From an uncultured Syntrophaceae bacterium (lineage in GTDB: Bacteria; Desulfobacterota; BSN033; UBA1163), in contig CAZXMB010000005.1 of NCBI GenBank assembly GCA_964641715.1, positions 1 through 34,845 on the forward strand: DNA of 34,845 nucleotides. The letters run 5' to 3'. The position numbers and the translations under genes were made by a program. A model generated the notes under the pieces. The model saw only the letters and a program-made list of their open reading frames with translations, did not search any database and was not told where the DNA came from. Positions 8,763-17,073 of the stretch are shown in pieces. Position 1 is the first letter of the stretch; each line of letters starts with the position of its first letter.

Positions 8763-9353
8763 TCATTGAACCGGCGCTACGGCGAAGATGACCGCGCTCC
8801 AGAAGGAATGTGAGGTGATCTGGACCAACAGGTCCTTTCTCCAGAGATAGAGGAGGCCCCAGAAGGTGCCGGCCACCAGAGAGGCTAAAATGAGCACAGG
8901 ATTACGTGAAAAGACATGAACACCACAGTAAAGGGCGATGGTCATCAGACACCCGGAAAGGTTTCCCCATGCGGTCATCAGGCGTTCTTGCAGAAAACCA
9001 CGCCAGAAGATTTCCTCCCCAGGCCCGGTAATGAAGAATAGAAGGAGAAAGACGGGAATCTTACTGACTCCAGCTCCGAGAGAATAGATGGCATTGACCT
9101 GAGTTTTTGCCCCCGGAAGGATTTGAGCAGCAATTTTGTTTCCCAGGAAGAAAATCAGGTAGAGTGCGGCGGCTGAAAGGAGTCCGTAAAGGAATGAATG
9201 GAGCCTGAAAGAGATCCTTGGCCTTTGCCAGAAGAGAGAATAGAAAGAAACCGCAACGACCGAAAGGCCGATCTTTACCCAGAAATTTCCCCCGCTCCAG
9301 CCAAAAGTGATTGCCCAGCAGGCAGAAGCTAAAAGAATCGCCCCCCAGATCAC
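8763..9353 (-). CDS. CPBP (CAAX protease / bacteriocin-processing, Abi) family intramembrane metalloprotease
   Basis: 196 aa and polytopic. Motif 1 is EEIFWRGFLQERL and a downstream His motif is HSFWSAV. The start overlaps the stop of the upstream UbiA gene by 4 nt. Confidence 0.85.
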   Translation of the reverse strand: MIWGAILLASACWAITFGWSGGNFWVKIGLSVVAVSFYSLFWQRPRISFRLHSFLYGLLSAAALYLIFFLGNKIAAQILPGAKTQVNAIYSLGAGVSKIPVFLLLFFITGPGEEIFWRGFLQERLMTAWGNLSGCLMTIALYCGVHVFSRNPVLILASLVAGTFWGLLYLWRKDLLVQITSHSFWSAVIFAVAPVQ

Positions 9354-10291
9354 AAGGGCACCACTCTATTGAGGATCAGCGAGAGGATGAGAAAGAGGCC
9401 GAAAGTGGTATTGAGTTGGGCGGTAATGGCATCCGCCGCCTCCGGGACCTTTGTCATGAAATTTTTCAAGAGGTGAATCGCCTTTGGGAGGGAGAGGAGA
9501 ACCAGAAGGCCCCAGGGGCTCAGGATCCCGGACGCAATCATTCCGATCATATAGAGATAGGCCAAGAGGATAAGGCCGGCATAAAGGAAGATGCTGCGCC
9601 GGCTGCCGAGCAGGATTCCGATCGTTTTGATTCCCTGTCGGGAATCATAAGCAATATCCCGGATATTATTGGCCAGAAGGACCAACCCCACCAGGATCCC
9701 GAAAGGGATGGAGAGGTAAAAGACCTTCAGGGAAAGGGCCTGCCGCTGAACCGCATAGGCGCCTTCGAACATCAGGGGGCCCCACATGAGGAAAACAAAA
9801 AATTCTCCCCAGGCCTTGTATTTGAATTTGATTGGAGCCGCCGTATAGAAAAGGCAGGCAAAAAAGCCGATCAGACCGATCCAGAAAACCAGCATGGAAC
9901 GTCCGAAGGAGAGGATCAAACCGATCAGAGCGGTGACTCCGCTGAGGACAATCGCTTCGGTTAAAAGTTGGGCCGGGGTGAAGATGCCCGAGAGGATCGG
10001 TTGGGGACGGTAGCGAGCCGTGGGAGAGTCGGGCTGGTCCACCTGGTAACGGGTGTCAAAATAGTCATTGAATATATTAGCAGCCGCATGGAAACAGACG
10101 ATCCCGATGCATACCAGGAGGTACCACCCCCACAGGATCGAACCCTCTTCTCCGGCCAGGAGAGCCCCTACCGAAACCGAGATCAGGGACATGGTGAAAG
10201 ACCAGGGACGGGTGGCAATGAAATAGTCTTTGATTCCCTGTTTCAAATTTTTCCCCTTTTTCATCACCGCACCAATATAAAAGAAAGTCAA
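9350..10291 (-). CDS. UbiA-superfamily membrane prenyltransferase, MenA-like
   Basis: 313 aa with about 8-9 TM segments. The Asp-rich motifs are NIFNDYFD and NNIRDIAYDSRQGIKT. An alternative start is M10 (ATG at 10264). Confidence 0.85.
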   Translation of the reverse strand: MTFFYIGAVMKKGKNLKQGIKDYFIATRPWSFTMSLISVSVGALLAGEEGSILWGWYLLVCIGIVCFHAAANIFNDYFDTRYQVDQPDSPTARYRPQPILSGIFTPAQLLTEAIVLSGVTALIGLILSFGRSMLVFWIGLIGFFACLFYTAAPIKFKYKAWGEFFVFLMWGPLMFEGAYAVQRQALSLKVFYLSIPFGILVGLVLLANNIRDIAYDSRQGIKTIGILLGSRRSIFLYAGLILLAYLYMIGMIASGILSPWGLLVLLSLPKAIHLLKNFMTKVPEAADAITAQLNTTFGLFLILSLILNRVVPL

Positions 10292-10322
10292 TTTAATAGC
10301 AAGCGGAGTTTCATGAGGGTCA

Positions 10323-10351
10323 TTGACAGGCTCGAATGAATCTGTTTAAAT
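10323..10351 (+). promoter_or_regulatory. Candidate sigma70-type promoter of kdsB
   Basis: Perfect TTGACA (10323-10328), a 17-nt spacer, then TTAAAT (10346-10351). The -10 element ends only 9-12 nt before the GTG/ATG at 10361/10364, and no SD is visible. Confidence 0.4.
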
Positions 10352-10363
10352 GAGACCACTGTG

Positions 10364-11167
10364 ATGAAAATTTCTGCAATCATCCCTTCGCGGTATGGTT
10401 CGACCCGGTTTGAGGGGAAACCCCTTGCCGACATTTTAGGCAAGCCGATGATTCAATGGGTCTACGAAGGGGTACGCCAATCGAAATTGATCGGGGAAGT
10501 CATTGTCGCTACTGATGACCAGAGAATCCTGGAAGCCGTGCAGAGGTTTGGAGGAAAGGTTGTGATGACCTCTCCGGATCATCCTACTGGAACCGACCGG
10601 GTGGCAGAGGTGGCCCGAAACCTCAGGTCAGAGATTATTGTCAACGTCCAGGGGGATGAACCCCTGATCAAAGGACCCATCATTGATAAGGCCATCCGGC
10701 CCCTTCTAAGGGACGAAACCCTTCAGATGTCCTCTTTGATGACAAGGATCAAAGACATCAAGGACTGGTTGAATCCCAACCAGGGAAAGGTGGTGGTCGA
10801 TGGGAAGTCCTTTGCCCTTTACTTTTCGAGGTCTCCTATTCCCTTTCCAAGGGACCTCACCATCGAGCAGATCCTATCCAATCCTGATATGAAAGGGAGA
10901 CTCTTATCAAAGAAGATTTTCAAGACCATCGGCCTCTACGTCTATCGCCGGAGTTTCCTATTAAGACTGGCTAAAATGAAGTCCACACCGCTTGAAAAAC
11001 TGGAAAAATTGGAACAGCTCCGGGCGCTGGAGAACGGTTATAAGATTAAAGTAATCGCCGTGGATTATGAACCCATTGGGGTGGATACGCCTAAGGATCT
11101 CCAAAAAGTGACCGTCCATCTTTCCAAATCCCATCCAAAACCTCCTTCAATTATACAAATTACTTAA
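10364..11167 (+). CDS. kdsB: 3-deoxy-manno-octulosonate cytidylyltransferase (CMP-KDO synthetase)
   Basis: The N-terminus is MKISAIIPSRYGSTRFEGKPL. The GTDR and VNVQGDEP motifs are present. Confidence 0.9.
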   Translation: MKISAIIPSRYGSTRFEGKPLADILGKPMIQWVYEGVRQSKLIGEVIVATDDQRILEAVQRFGGKVVMTSPDHPTGTDRVAEVARNLRSEIIVNVQGDEPLIKGPIIDKAIRPLLRDETLQMSSLMTRIKDIKDWLNPNQGKVVVDGKSFALYFSRSPIPFPRDLTIEQILSNPDMKGRLLSKKIFKTIGLYVYRRSFLLRLAKMKSTPLEKLEKLEQLRALENGYKIKVIAVDYEPIGVDTPKDLQKVTVHLSKSHPKPPSIIQIT

Positions 11168-11232
11168 AAATTATAAAGAGTTAGACGCATTTCACCTTTA
11201 TAAAAATCCTTTACAAATTTAGATTTTGGGGA

Positions 11233-11261
11233 TTGATTTTTAAACCTTTTTAGGGTAAAAT
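11233..11261 (+). promoter_or_regulatory. Candidate sigma70-type promoter of the 11286 lipoprotein gene
   Basis: TTGATT (11233-11238), a 17-nt spacer, then TAAAAT (11256-11261). Confidence 0.4.
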
Positions 11262-11285
11262 TAATTATTCAGTTTGAAGGAAAAG

Positions 11286-12431
11286 ATGGACTCCAAATTA
11301 ACAAAACCTCAATTCCCCATAATTCTCTTTTTCCTTCTCACTTTTCTTTTCGCCTGTTCCACTCCATCCTGGTTTCCGATTAAAAAGGGACCCCCTCATA
11401 AGGCGAAGATGAAAGAGCTGCTGGATAAAGAGGTGGTCATCATCGATAAACAGGAATATGTGAAGGTTTTGAACCCTAAGGTCGAAGTGGGAAATCAACC
11501 CAAGTATCTTTATATTCCCGTGGATGAATATCTCACCAGAAGGGAAGTTTATGCCATCCCCCCTGTTCGGAAAGAGGAAGTCCAGATCAGTTCTCCCATT
11601 TTTTCAAAACCCTCTGCTTCCACTTCGGAGATGGAGGTTCTTCCCGAATCGGTCTCTGCGGCTTCCCTGACGAGTTTGAAGAGGAAGGTGATGATCGCCC
11701 ATTTTGATGATCGGACCGACTCTGCGGAAGAGATTTTTGGAGATTGGCTTGCTGAAAGGTTAGCCAGAGAGGTCTCTCAGAGGTCTCTTCAGATCCTCTT
11801 CATCGACTACCCAATGGTAAGGGAGTTTATTGAAAGGAAAGGAATTTCCCCGGCAGAGATGGAGACGCCGGGTGTCTTAAAGATGCTGAACGAGGTCTTC
11901 GGTATTCATGCCGTCGTGATCGGCGAGCTTTCCGGCCCCTATGTCTTTAATGCAAAAGCAACCAGAGCCCAGGATGAAACCTCATCGGCCATCATTAAGA
12001 TAGAGATGAGAGTCGTGGATACCTTCTCCGGAAGGATTTTGAAAAGCCTTTCGACCCAAAATCCCATCATTGCCACCAAGGAGAGAGGGGCCTTCGCTGA
12101 TGAAAAGGCGAAGGGAAGGGCGATCGATCTTGCCCTCAATGAGCTCAGCCGGTCGCTCTCCAGAGAGCTCGATCATCTGGAGTGGTTTTGCCGAGTTGCC
12201 AAAGTGGAGGGGGATGAGGTCTATATCAATGCGGGTAAATTAACCGGGCTGAAGGTGGGGGATATTATGGAGGTCTTTCAGGTTGGACCTCCTGGAGAAC
12301 GGAGGGAGGTTAAAGGAAGGGTTCGAATATCTGCCATTTTTGGAATCGATGCCTCGGTAGGTAGAATGATTCAAGGTAAGAAACCCGACGAAAACGACAT
12401 CTTAAAACCGGCCAGACGCGAAGGTTCTTAA
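11286..12431 (+). CDS. Lipoprotein of unknown function (central LpoB/CsgG/FlgO-like fold suspected, C-terminal beta-rich domain)
   Basis: Signal peptide with lipobox LFAC. A central motif KVMIAHFDDRTDSAEEIFGDWLAERLAREV resembles the periplasmic lipoprotein fold. The ORF track starts at TTG 11274; the ATG at 11286 has GAAGGA upstream. Confidence 0.7.
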   Translation: MDSKLTKPQFPIILFFLLTFLFACSTPSWFPIKKGPPHKAKMKELLDKEVVIIDKQEYVKVLNPKVEVGNQPKYLYIPVDEYLTRREVYAIPPVRKEEVQISSPIFSKPSASTSEMEVLPESVSAASLTSLKRKVMIAHFDDRTDSAEEIFGDWLAERLAREVSQRSLQILFIDYPMVREFIERKGISPAEMETPGVLKMLNEVFGIHAVVIGELSGPYVFNAKATRAQDETSSAIIKIEMRVVDTFSGRILKSLSTQNPIIATKERGAFADEKAKGRAIDLALNELSRSLSRELDHLEWFCRVAKVEGDEVYINAGKLTGLKVGDIMEVFQVGPPGERREVKGRVRISAIFGIDASVGRMIQGKKPDENDILKPARREGS

Positions 12432-12536
12432 ATCCTCACGTGACCGTTGTTCTTACCTTCGGGAAATCAGGCAAGCCTACAGAAACAGGAGGAAACCTCT
12501 TTGCAGATGCATCATGAGAAAGGGGGAATTGAATTT

Positions 12537-13019
12537 ATGTTTCAAATCGGTGACAAGGCAGTTTATCCAGGGCATGGGGTCGGAGTCGTTGAATCCATTG
12601 AAACGAAACGAATTTCGGGTAAGGAGCAGAGTTTCTACATCCTCCGTTTTGTTGACAATGGGATGACGATCATGGTTCCGAAGGATAATGTGAAGTCGGC
12701 CGGCCTGAGGACCGTGATTAGGAAAATTGATACCCGGAAGGTGATCGGGATTTTAAAGGACCGGGATGTCTCGATCGATAATCAGACCTGGAATCGGCGA
12801 TACCGGGAATATATGGAGAAAATCAATACCGGATCGATCTATGAAATTGCCGAAGTATTAAGAGACCTCCATCTTCTCAAAACTGAGAAAGATCTCTCTT
12901 TCGGAGAGAGAAAGATCATGGATATGGCGAAAAATCTCCTGGTGAAAGAATTGGCCATCGCGAAAGAGGTGAAAGAGACAGACATCCTGAGAGAGATCAA
13001 GACGATCTTCGGACCCTAA
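12537..13019 (+). CDS. carD: CarD-family RNA-polymerase-binding transcriptional regulator
   Basis: The family N-terminus MFQIGDKAVYPGHGVGVVESIE starts at the ATG at 12537, preceded by AAGGGGG. The upstream in-frame extension to 12447 has no homology-like features. Confidence 0.85.
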   Translation: MFQIGDKAVYPGHGVGVVESIETKRISGKEQSFYILRFVDNGMTIMVPKDNVKSAGLRTVIRKIDTRKVIGILKDRDVSIDNQTWNRRYREYMEKINTGSIYEIAEVLRDLHLLKTEKDLSFGERKIMDMAKNLLVKELAIAKEVKETDILREIKTIFGP

Positions 13020-13074
13020 GTAAATTCTTGCCCATTTACTCTTCCCATTCATTTGAAAATTTCAGTGAAAGGAG

Positions 13075-14136
13075 GTGAACCCTTTGGACTCTTGGATTCT
13101 TTATCTTTTATTATTGATCATCTGCGGTTGGAGTGGATACGGATTGATGAAGGGATTGACTTCTTCTCCTCAGATGGGTCTTGCAGGATTGATCGGCGGT
13201 CTTCTCCTGGCCGGACTGATCCTTCTGGTGGAAAAACGACTGAAAAAGGTTCCTTTAAAAAATCTTTTAGGAAGTTTTATCGGTTTGATCCTTGGAGTGT
13301 TGATCGCCCATCTTATCTTCAAAGCCCTCATCTCCCATCTCTTTGACCATCCGCCCGTGGTCCTCCCCATCCTGGGTTTACTCTATGGGATGGGTGGATA
13401 TATCGGTCTTCAGATCGGGTTGAAAAAAGGAGAGGAGTTCCATCTCCCGGGCTGGAAGCCTTTCGGTAAGGTTCCTCCGGGAGCAGGGAATACAAAGATT
13501 CTGGATACGAGCGTGATCATTGACGGTCGTATCGCCGATATTACGGAGACCGGTTTTGTGGAAGGATCCATTCTCATCCCCACCTTTGTCCTCAATGAGC
13601 TTCAGCATATTGCTGATTCCTCGGATCCCATCAAGCGGACCCGGGGGAAAAGAGGCCTGGAAATTCTGAACCATCTCCAAAAACAGGCCGATATCGATGT
13701 CAGAATTATTGACACGGATTACCCTTCGGTCAAAGAGGTCGATGCTAAACTGATTGAGCTGGCAAAAGAGATCAGCGGAAAGATCGTCACCAATGATTCG
13801 AACCTCAATAAGGTGGCAGAGCTTCAGGGGATTGAGGTCCTCAACATCAATGCCCTGGCGAACTCCTTAAGGCCAGTGGTCCTCCCCGGTGAGGAGATCA
13901 ATGTGAAAATCCTGAAGGAGGGGAAAGAGACGGGACAGGGCGTCGCCTACCTCGATGATGGAACCATGATCGTCGTGGACAATGGACGGAGACAGATCGG
14001 TAAAAATATGGATGTCATCGTGACCAGTGTCCTTCAAACTCCGGCAGGAAGGATGATCTTCGCCAGATTGAAGGAGGAGACGAGCCGGGAAAACAGGGGA
14101 AAGGATTACTACTATCCTCTGGACAGTGAATTCTGA
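13075..14136 (+). CDS. Membrane-anchored PIN + TRAM domain protein (YacL-like)
   Basis: Four N-terminal TM helices are followed by a PIN domain (ILDTSVIIDGRI...TNDSNLNKVA) and a C-terminal TRAM-like domain (QGVAYLDDGTMIVVDNG). An alternative start is TTG at 13084, which is better spaced from AGGAGG. Confidence 0.85.
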   Translation: MNPLDSWILYLLLLIICGWSGYGLMKGLTSSPQMGLAGLIGGLLLAGLILLVEKRLKKVPLKNLLGSFIGLILGVLIAHLIFKALISHLFDHPPVVLPILGLLYGMGGYIGLQIGLKKGEEFHLPGWKPFGKVPPGAGNTKILDTSVIIDGRIADITETGFVEGSILIPTFVLNELQHIADSSDPIKRTRGKRGLEILNHLQKQADIDVRIIDTDYPSVKEVDAKLIELAKEISGKIVTNDSNLNKVAELQGIEVLNINALANSLRPVVLPGEEINVKILKEGKETGQGVAYLDDGTMIVVDNGRRQIGKNMDVIVTSVLQTPAGRMIFARLKEETSRENRGKDYYYPLDSEF

Positions 14137-14204
14137 TATCCCCTTCACCCCATCCCTCTTCCACCAGAGACTGTGTCGTAATTGCAAGCAAAAGGGGAGA
14201 GGGG

Positions 14205-14945
14205 ATGGATGAGGGTTTTGAACAATGGAGAGTGATGAAGGCTGATGCAGTCATCGTCTCTGCGGGGAAGGGCCAACGCTTTATGGAAGAGAAGAAGAAG
14301 CAATTCTTTTCCCTTGGCGGGAAGCCTATCCTCAGCCGCACCCTTGATTCCTTCGAAATCTGTCCGCTCATCCGTTCCATCCTCCTGGTCGTGGGGGAGG
14401 AGGATATGGATTATTGCCTGAAAGAAGTCATCGAACCCTATGCGTACCGGAAGATATCCCAGATCATCCCAGGAGGAAAGCGAAGGCAGGACTCTGTCAA
14501 AAATGGAATTGACGCTTTACCCGAGGATACAGAGATCGTCGTCATCCATGATGGCGTTCGACCCTTCGTGACCAGAGAGATGATTGAAATGTCCGTTCGA
14601 GGGGCAGTACGTTTTGGAGCGGTGATCATGGCCATGCCTGTCAAGGATACCATCAAGATGGTGAGTTCCGATGGTACCCTTCTCGAAACCCTGGAAAGGG
14701 AATCCCTCTGGCAGGCCCAGACTCCCCAAACCTTTAAAGTCCCACTCATCCGGGAGGCCTATCTCAAAGCCACCGAAGAGGGTTTTGCGGGAACGGATGA
14801 TGCCTCTCTCGTAGAGAGGCTGGGGGTCAAGGTTCATCTCCTTCCAGGTTCCTATACCAATATAAAAATCACCACTCAGGAGGATTGGATGTTAGCCAAT
14901 CTCTTCCTCAGGATGAAATCCAAAACAATGGGGGAGGAAGAATGA
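14205..14945 (+). CDS. ispD: 2-C-methyl-D-erythritol 4-phosphate cytidylyltransferase
   Basis: Contains AVIVSAGKGQRF and the VVIHDGVRPF motif. An alternative start at ATG 14235 (MKADAV...) would give a more typical N-terminal length. Confidence 0.9.
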   Translation: MDEGFEQWRVMKADAVIVSAGKGQRFMEEKKKQFFSLGGKPILSRTLDSFEICPLIRSILLVVGEEDMDYCLKEVIEPYAYRKISQIIPGGKRRQDSVKNGIDALPEDTEIVVIHDGVRPFVTREMIEMSVRGAVRFGAVIMAMPVKDTIKMVSSDGTLLETLERESLWQAQTPQTFKVPLIREAYLKATEEGFAGTDDASLVERLGVKVHLLPGSYTNIKITTQEDWMLANLFLRMKSKTMGEEE

Positions 14946-15415
14946 GAGTGGGCTTTGGATACGATGTCCACCCCCTGGTTCCGAATCGACCGCTCATACT
15001 GGGAGGGGTTCGAATCCCTTATCTCCTTGGGCTACAGGGTTACTCCGATGCCGATGTCGTGCTCCATGCCATCGGTGATGCGCTTTTAGGAGCGATTGCA
15101 GAAGGGGATATTGGAAGGCATTTTCCGGACACCGATCCCCAGTATAGAAATATTCAGAGCACCCTCCTCTTGAAAAAAATCCTGATCAAGGTGAGGGAGA
15201 AGGGGTTTCATATCCTGAATATCGACACCACGATTGTGGCACAGAAACCCAAACTCTCTGAATTCGTCCCCAAGATGGCGAAAGAGATTGCGGGGGTCTT
15301 GGAAGTTGAAACCGGAAGAATCAATGTAAAGGCGACCACCACCGAAGGATTGGGGTTTGCTGGCAGGGGAGAAGGGATTGCCGCCTATGCGGTCGCCCTC
15401 GTGGATGAAAATTAA
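14942..15415 (+). CDS. ispF: 2-C-methyl-D-erythritol 2,4-cyclodiphosphate synthase
   Basis: MRVGFGYDVH starts at the ATG at 14942, which overlaps the ispD stop (ATGA). The SDADVVLHAIGDALLGA motif is present. Confidence 0.9.
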   Translation: MRVGFGYDVHPLVPNRPLILGGVRIPYLLGLQGYSDADVVLHAIGDALLGAIAEGDIGRHFPDTDPQYRNIQSTLLLKKILIKVREKGFHILNIDTTIVAQKPKLSEFVPKMAKEIAGVLEVETGRINVKATTTEGLGFAGRGEGIAAYAVALVDEN

Positions 15416-15423
15416 CTAAAATT

Positions 15424-15583
15424 CGAAGCACGAAATCCGAATTTTGAAACAAGCACAAATGTTCTAAATACAAATGACCGAAATAAAATGAATGTTTTGG
15501 AAATTGGGAAATTTGAATTTAGGATTTGTTTCGGATTGGTCCGAAATGGACGCTTCGCCCGATATTCAGATTTCGGATTTAGT
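15424..15583 (+). repeat. AT-rich imperfectly palindromic intergenic repeat, copy A (MITE-like or structured RNA element)
   Basis: It fills the ispF-gltX spacer. Terminal arms AAATCCGAA (15433-15441) and TTCGGATTT (15572-15580) are complementary. It shares the blocks AGCACNAAAT (x2), AATGACCGAAAT and GTTTTGGAAATT with the reverse complement of 33218-33352. Confidence 0.5.
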
Positions 15584-15604
15584 CCCATTTGATAAGGACC
15601 CCAA

Positions 15605-17050
15605 ATGATTCCATCTGTAAGAGTTCGCTTTGCTCCGGCTCCCACCGGACTCCTCCACATCGGAAATGCCCGAACCGCCCTCTTCAACTACCTCTTTGCA
15701 AAACGAGAAAAAGGGAGTTTCATCCTCAGGATCGAAGATACCGATACGGAGCGTTCGAACGATGCCTCCATGGAAGCCATCCTGAAAGACCTCCATTGGT
15801 TAGGGATTCAGTGGGACGAGGGCCCTGACGGAGGGGGGAAGGATGGTCCTTATCGCCAATCCCAGCGCCTGAACCTCTATCGTGATTATGCAGACCAGTT
15901 GCTCAGAGAGGGGAAGGCCTATCGATGTTTTTGTTCGACTGAAAGGCTTGAGTTTCTTCGGAAAGAACAACTCTCCAAAGGGATGATGCCGAGATATGAC
16001 GGGAAGTGCCGTTTTCTTTCCGGACAAGAGATTTCAAAAATGGAATCCGAAGGGATGAAGCCCGTGGTGAGATTTCAGGTGGGCAAGGGGACGATCGTTT
16101 TTGAAGACCTCATCCATGGGAGGATGAGTTTTGATTCAAGCGGGATCGGGGATTTCATCATCGTCCGCTCGGACGGAGTGGCCGCCTATAATTTTGCCTG
16201 CGTGATCGATGATCATCTGATGCATATCACCCATGTCATCCGGGGAGATGACCATCTCTCCAATACCCCCAGGCAGGTCCTCCTCTATCAAGCCTTCGGG
16301 TGGTCACCTCCTCTTTTCGCTCATCACCCTCTTATCCTCGGTCCTGACCGTTCTCCATTAAGCAAACGCCATGGTGCCACGGCGGTTTCGCAATACCGGG
16401 AGGAAGGGTTTCTCCCCGAAGCCCTTCTGAACTACCTCATCCTCTTAGGCTGGACCCCTTCCTCCAGGGAAGAGATCCTGACCCTGGAAAAGATCGGTGA
16501 GGAATTCTACCTCTCCTCTCTTTCGAAAAATGCTCCCCTCCACTCACGAAAGAAATTGGAGTGGTTGAACAGCCACTATATCAGGGGGACCGAAGAGGAC
16601 CGGCTTTTGACACTGCTGACCCCCTATTTTGCAAAGGCCGGGTTAAAGGTGGACCAATTTGATCGGGACTATTTAACCCGGGTCTCTTCACTTCTGAAAG
16701 AAAATCTGGTGGTCCTTTCCCAGACAGAGGAATATCTGGGTATCTTCTTTGATGAAAAATTCTCTTTTGATGAGGGAGCAAAGTCTGTCCTTTGTGATTC
16801 CGAAAACCGGGAGGTCCTCGAGGCTATCCTGAGAGTATTGGAGGGGGCGGCCGCGGCAGGGGAAGATACCTGGACCTCACTCTTATCCCGATTCGAAGAG
16901 AAGACGGGCCGGAAGGGAAAATCCCTTTACGCCCCGCTTCGGGCAGCAATCACCGGAAAGATGAAAGGCCCTGAGTTGGCTAAGGTCTTTCCCCTTCTCG
17001 GAAAAGAGAGAATGATCAAGCGTCTGAAGAGCGCTTTAAAGATATCCTGA
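15605..17050 (+). CDS. gltX: Glutamate--tRNA ligase
   Basis: 481 aa. It has RFAPAPTGLLHIGNART (HIGH), the PLSKRHG (KMSKS-like) motif and a CxC...C zinc-motif region. Confidence 0.95.
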   Translation: MIPSVRVRFAPAPTGLLHIGNARTALFNYLFAKREKGSFILRIEDTDTERSNDASMEAILKDLHWLGIQWDEGPDGGGKDGPYRQSQRLNLYRDYADQLLREGKAYRCFCSTERLEFLRKEQLSKGMMPRYDGKCRFLSGQEISKMESEGMKPVVRFQVGKGTIVFEDLIHGRMSFDSSGIGDFIIVRSDGVAAYNFACVIDDHLMHITHVIRGDDHLSNTPRQVLLYQAFGWSPPLFAHHPLILGPDRSPLSKRHGATAVSQYREEGFLPEALLNYLILLGWTPSSREEILTLEKIGEEFYLSSLSKNAPLHSRKKLEWLNSHYIRGTEEDRLLTLLTPYFAKAGLKVDQFDRDYLTRVSSLLKENLVVLSQTEEYLGIFFDEKFSFDEGAKSVLCDSENREVLEAILRVLEGAAAAGEDTWTSLLSRFEEKTGRKGKSLYAPLRAAITGKMKGPELAKVFPLLGKERMIKRLKSALKIS

Positions 17051-17073
17051 TCATCGATCGGGGGCAAAAACCC

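Noticed and set aside
9311-9964. A 217-aa ORF on the + strand, rich in Glu, Asp, Gly and Gln.
   Set aside because: It is antisense to the UbiA-family gene, whose TM and motif pattern is convincing. The highly charged low-complexity product is typical of the reverse frame of a membrane-protein gene.
14150-14208. Possible long-range pairing of CCATCCCTCT (14150-14159) with AGAGGGGATGG (14198-14208), which would sequester the SD and the ATG at 14205 of ispD.
   Set aside because: It needs a bulge, and the pyrimidine- and purine-rich tracts pair promiscuously. The real ispD start may be the ATG at 14235, which would make the structure irrelevant.
15416-15604. A T-box or other riboswitch upstream of gltX. 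The spacers before cysS (17051-17073) and glyQ (26771-26848) were checked in the same way.
   Set aside because: No T-box-like conserved box or specifier-loop architecture is visible by eye. The cysS and glyQ spacers are too short. The gltX spacer is explained by the palindromic repeat. This was only a visual check; a covariance-model scan would be decisive.
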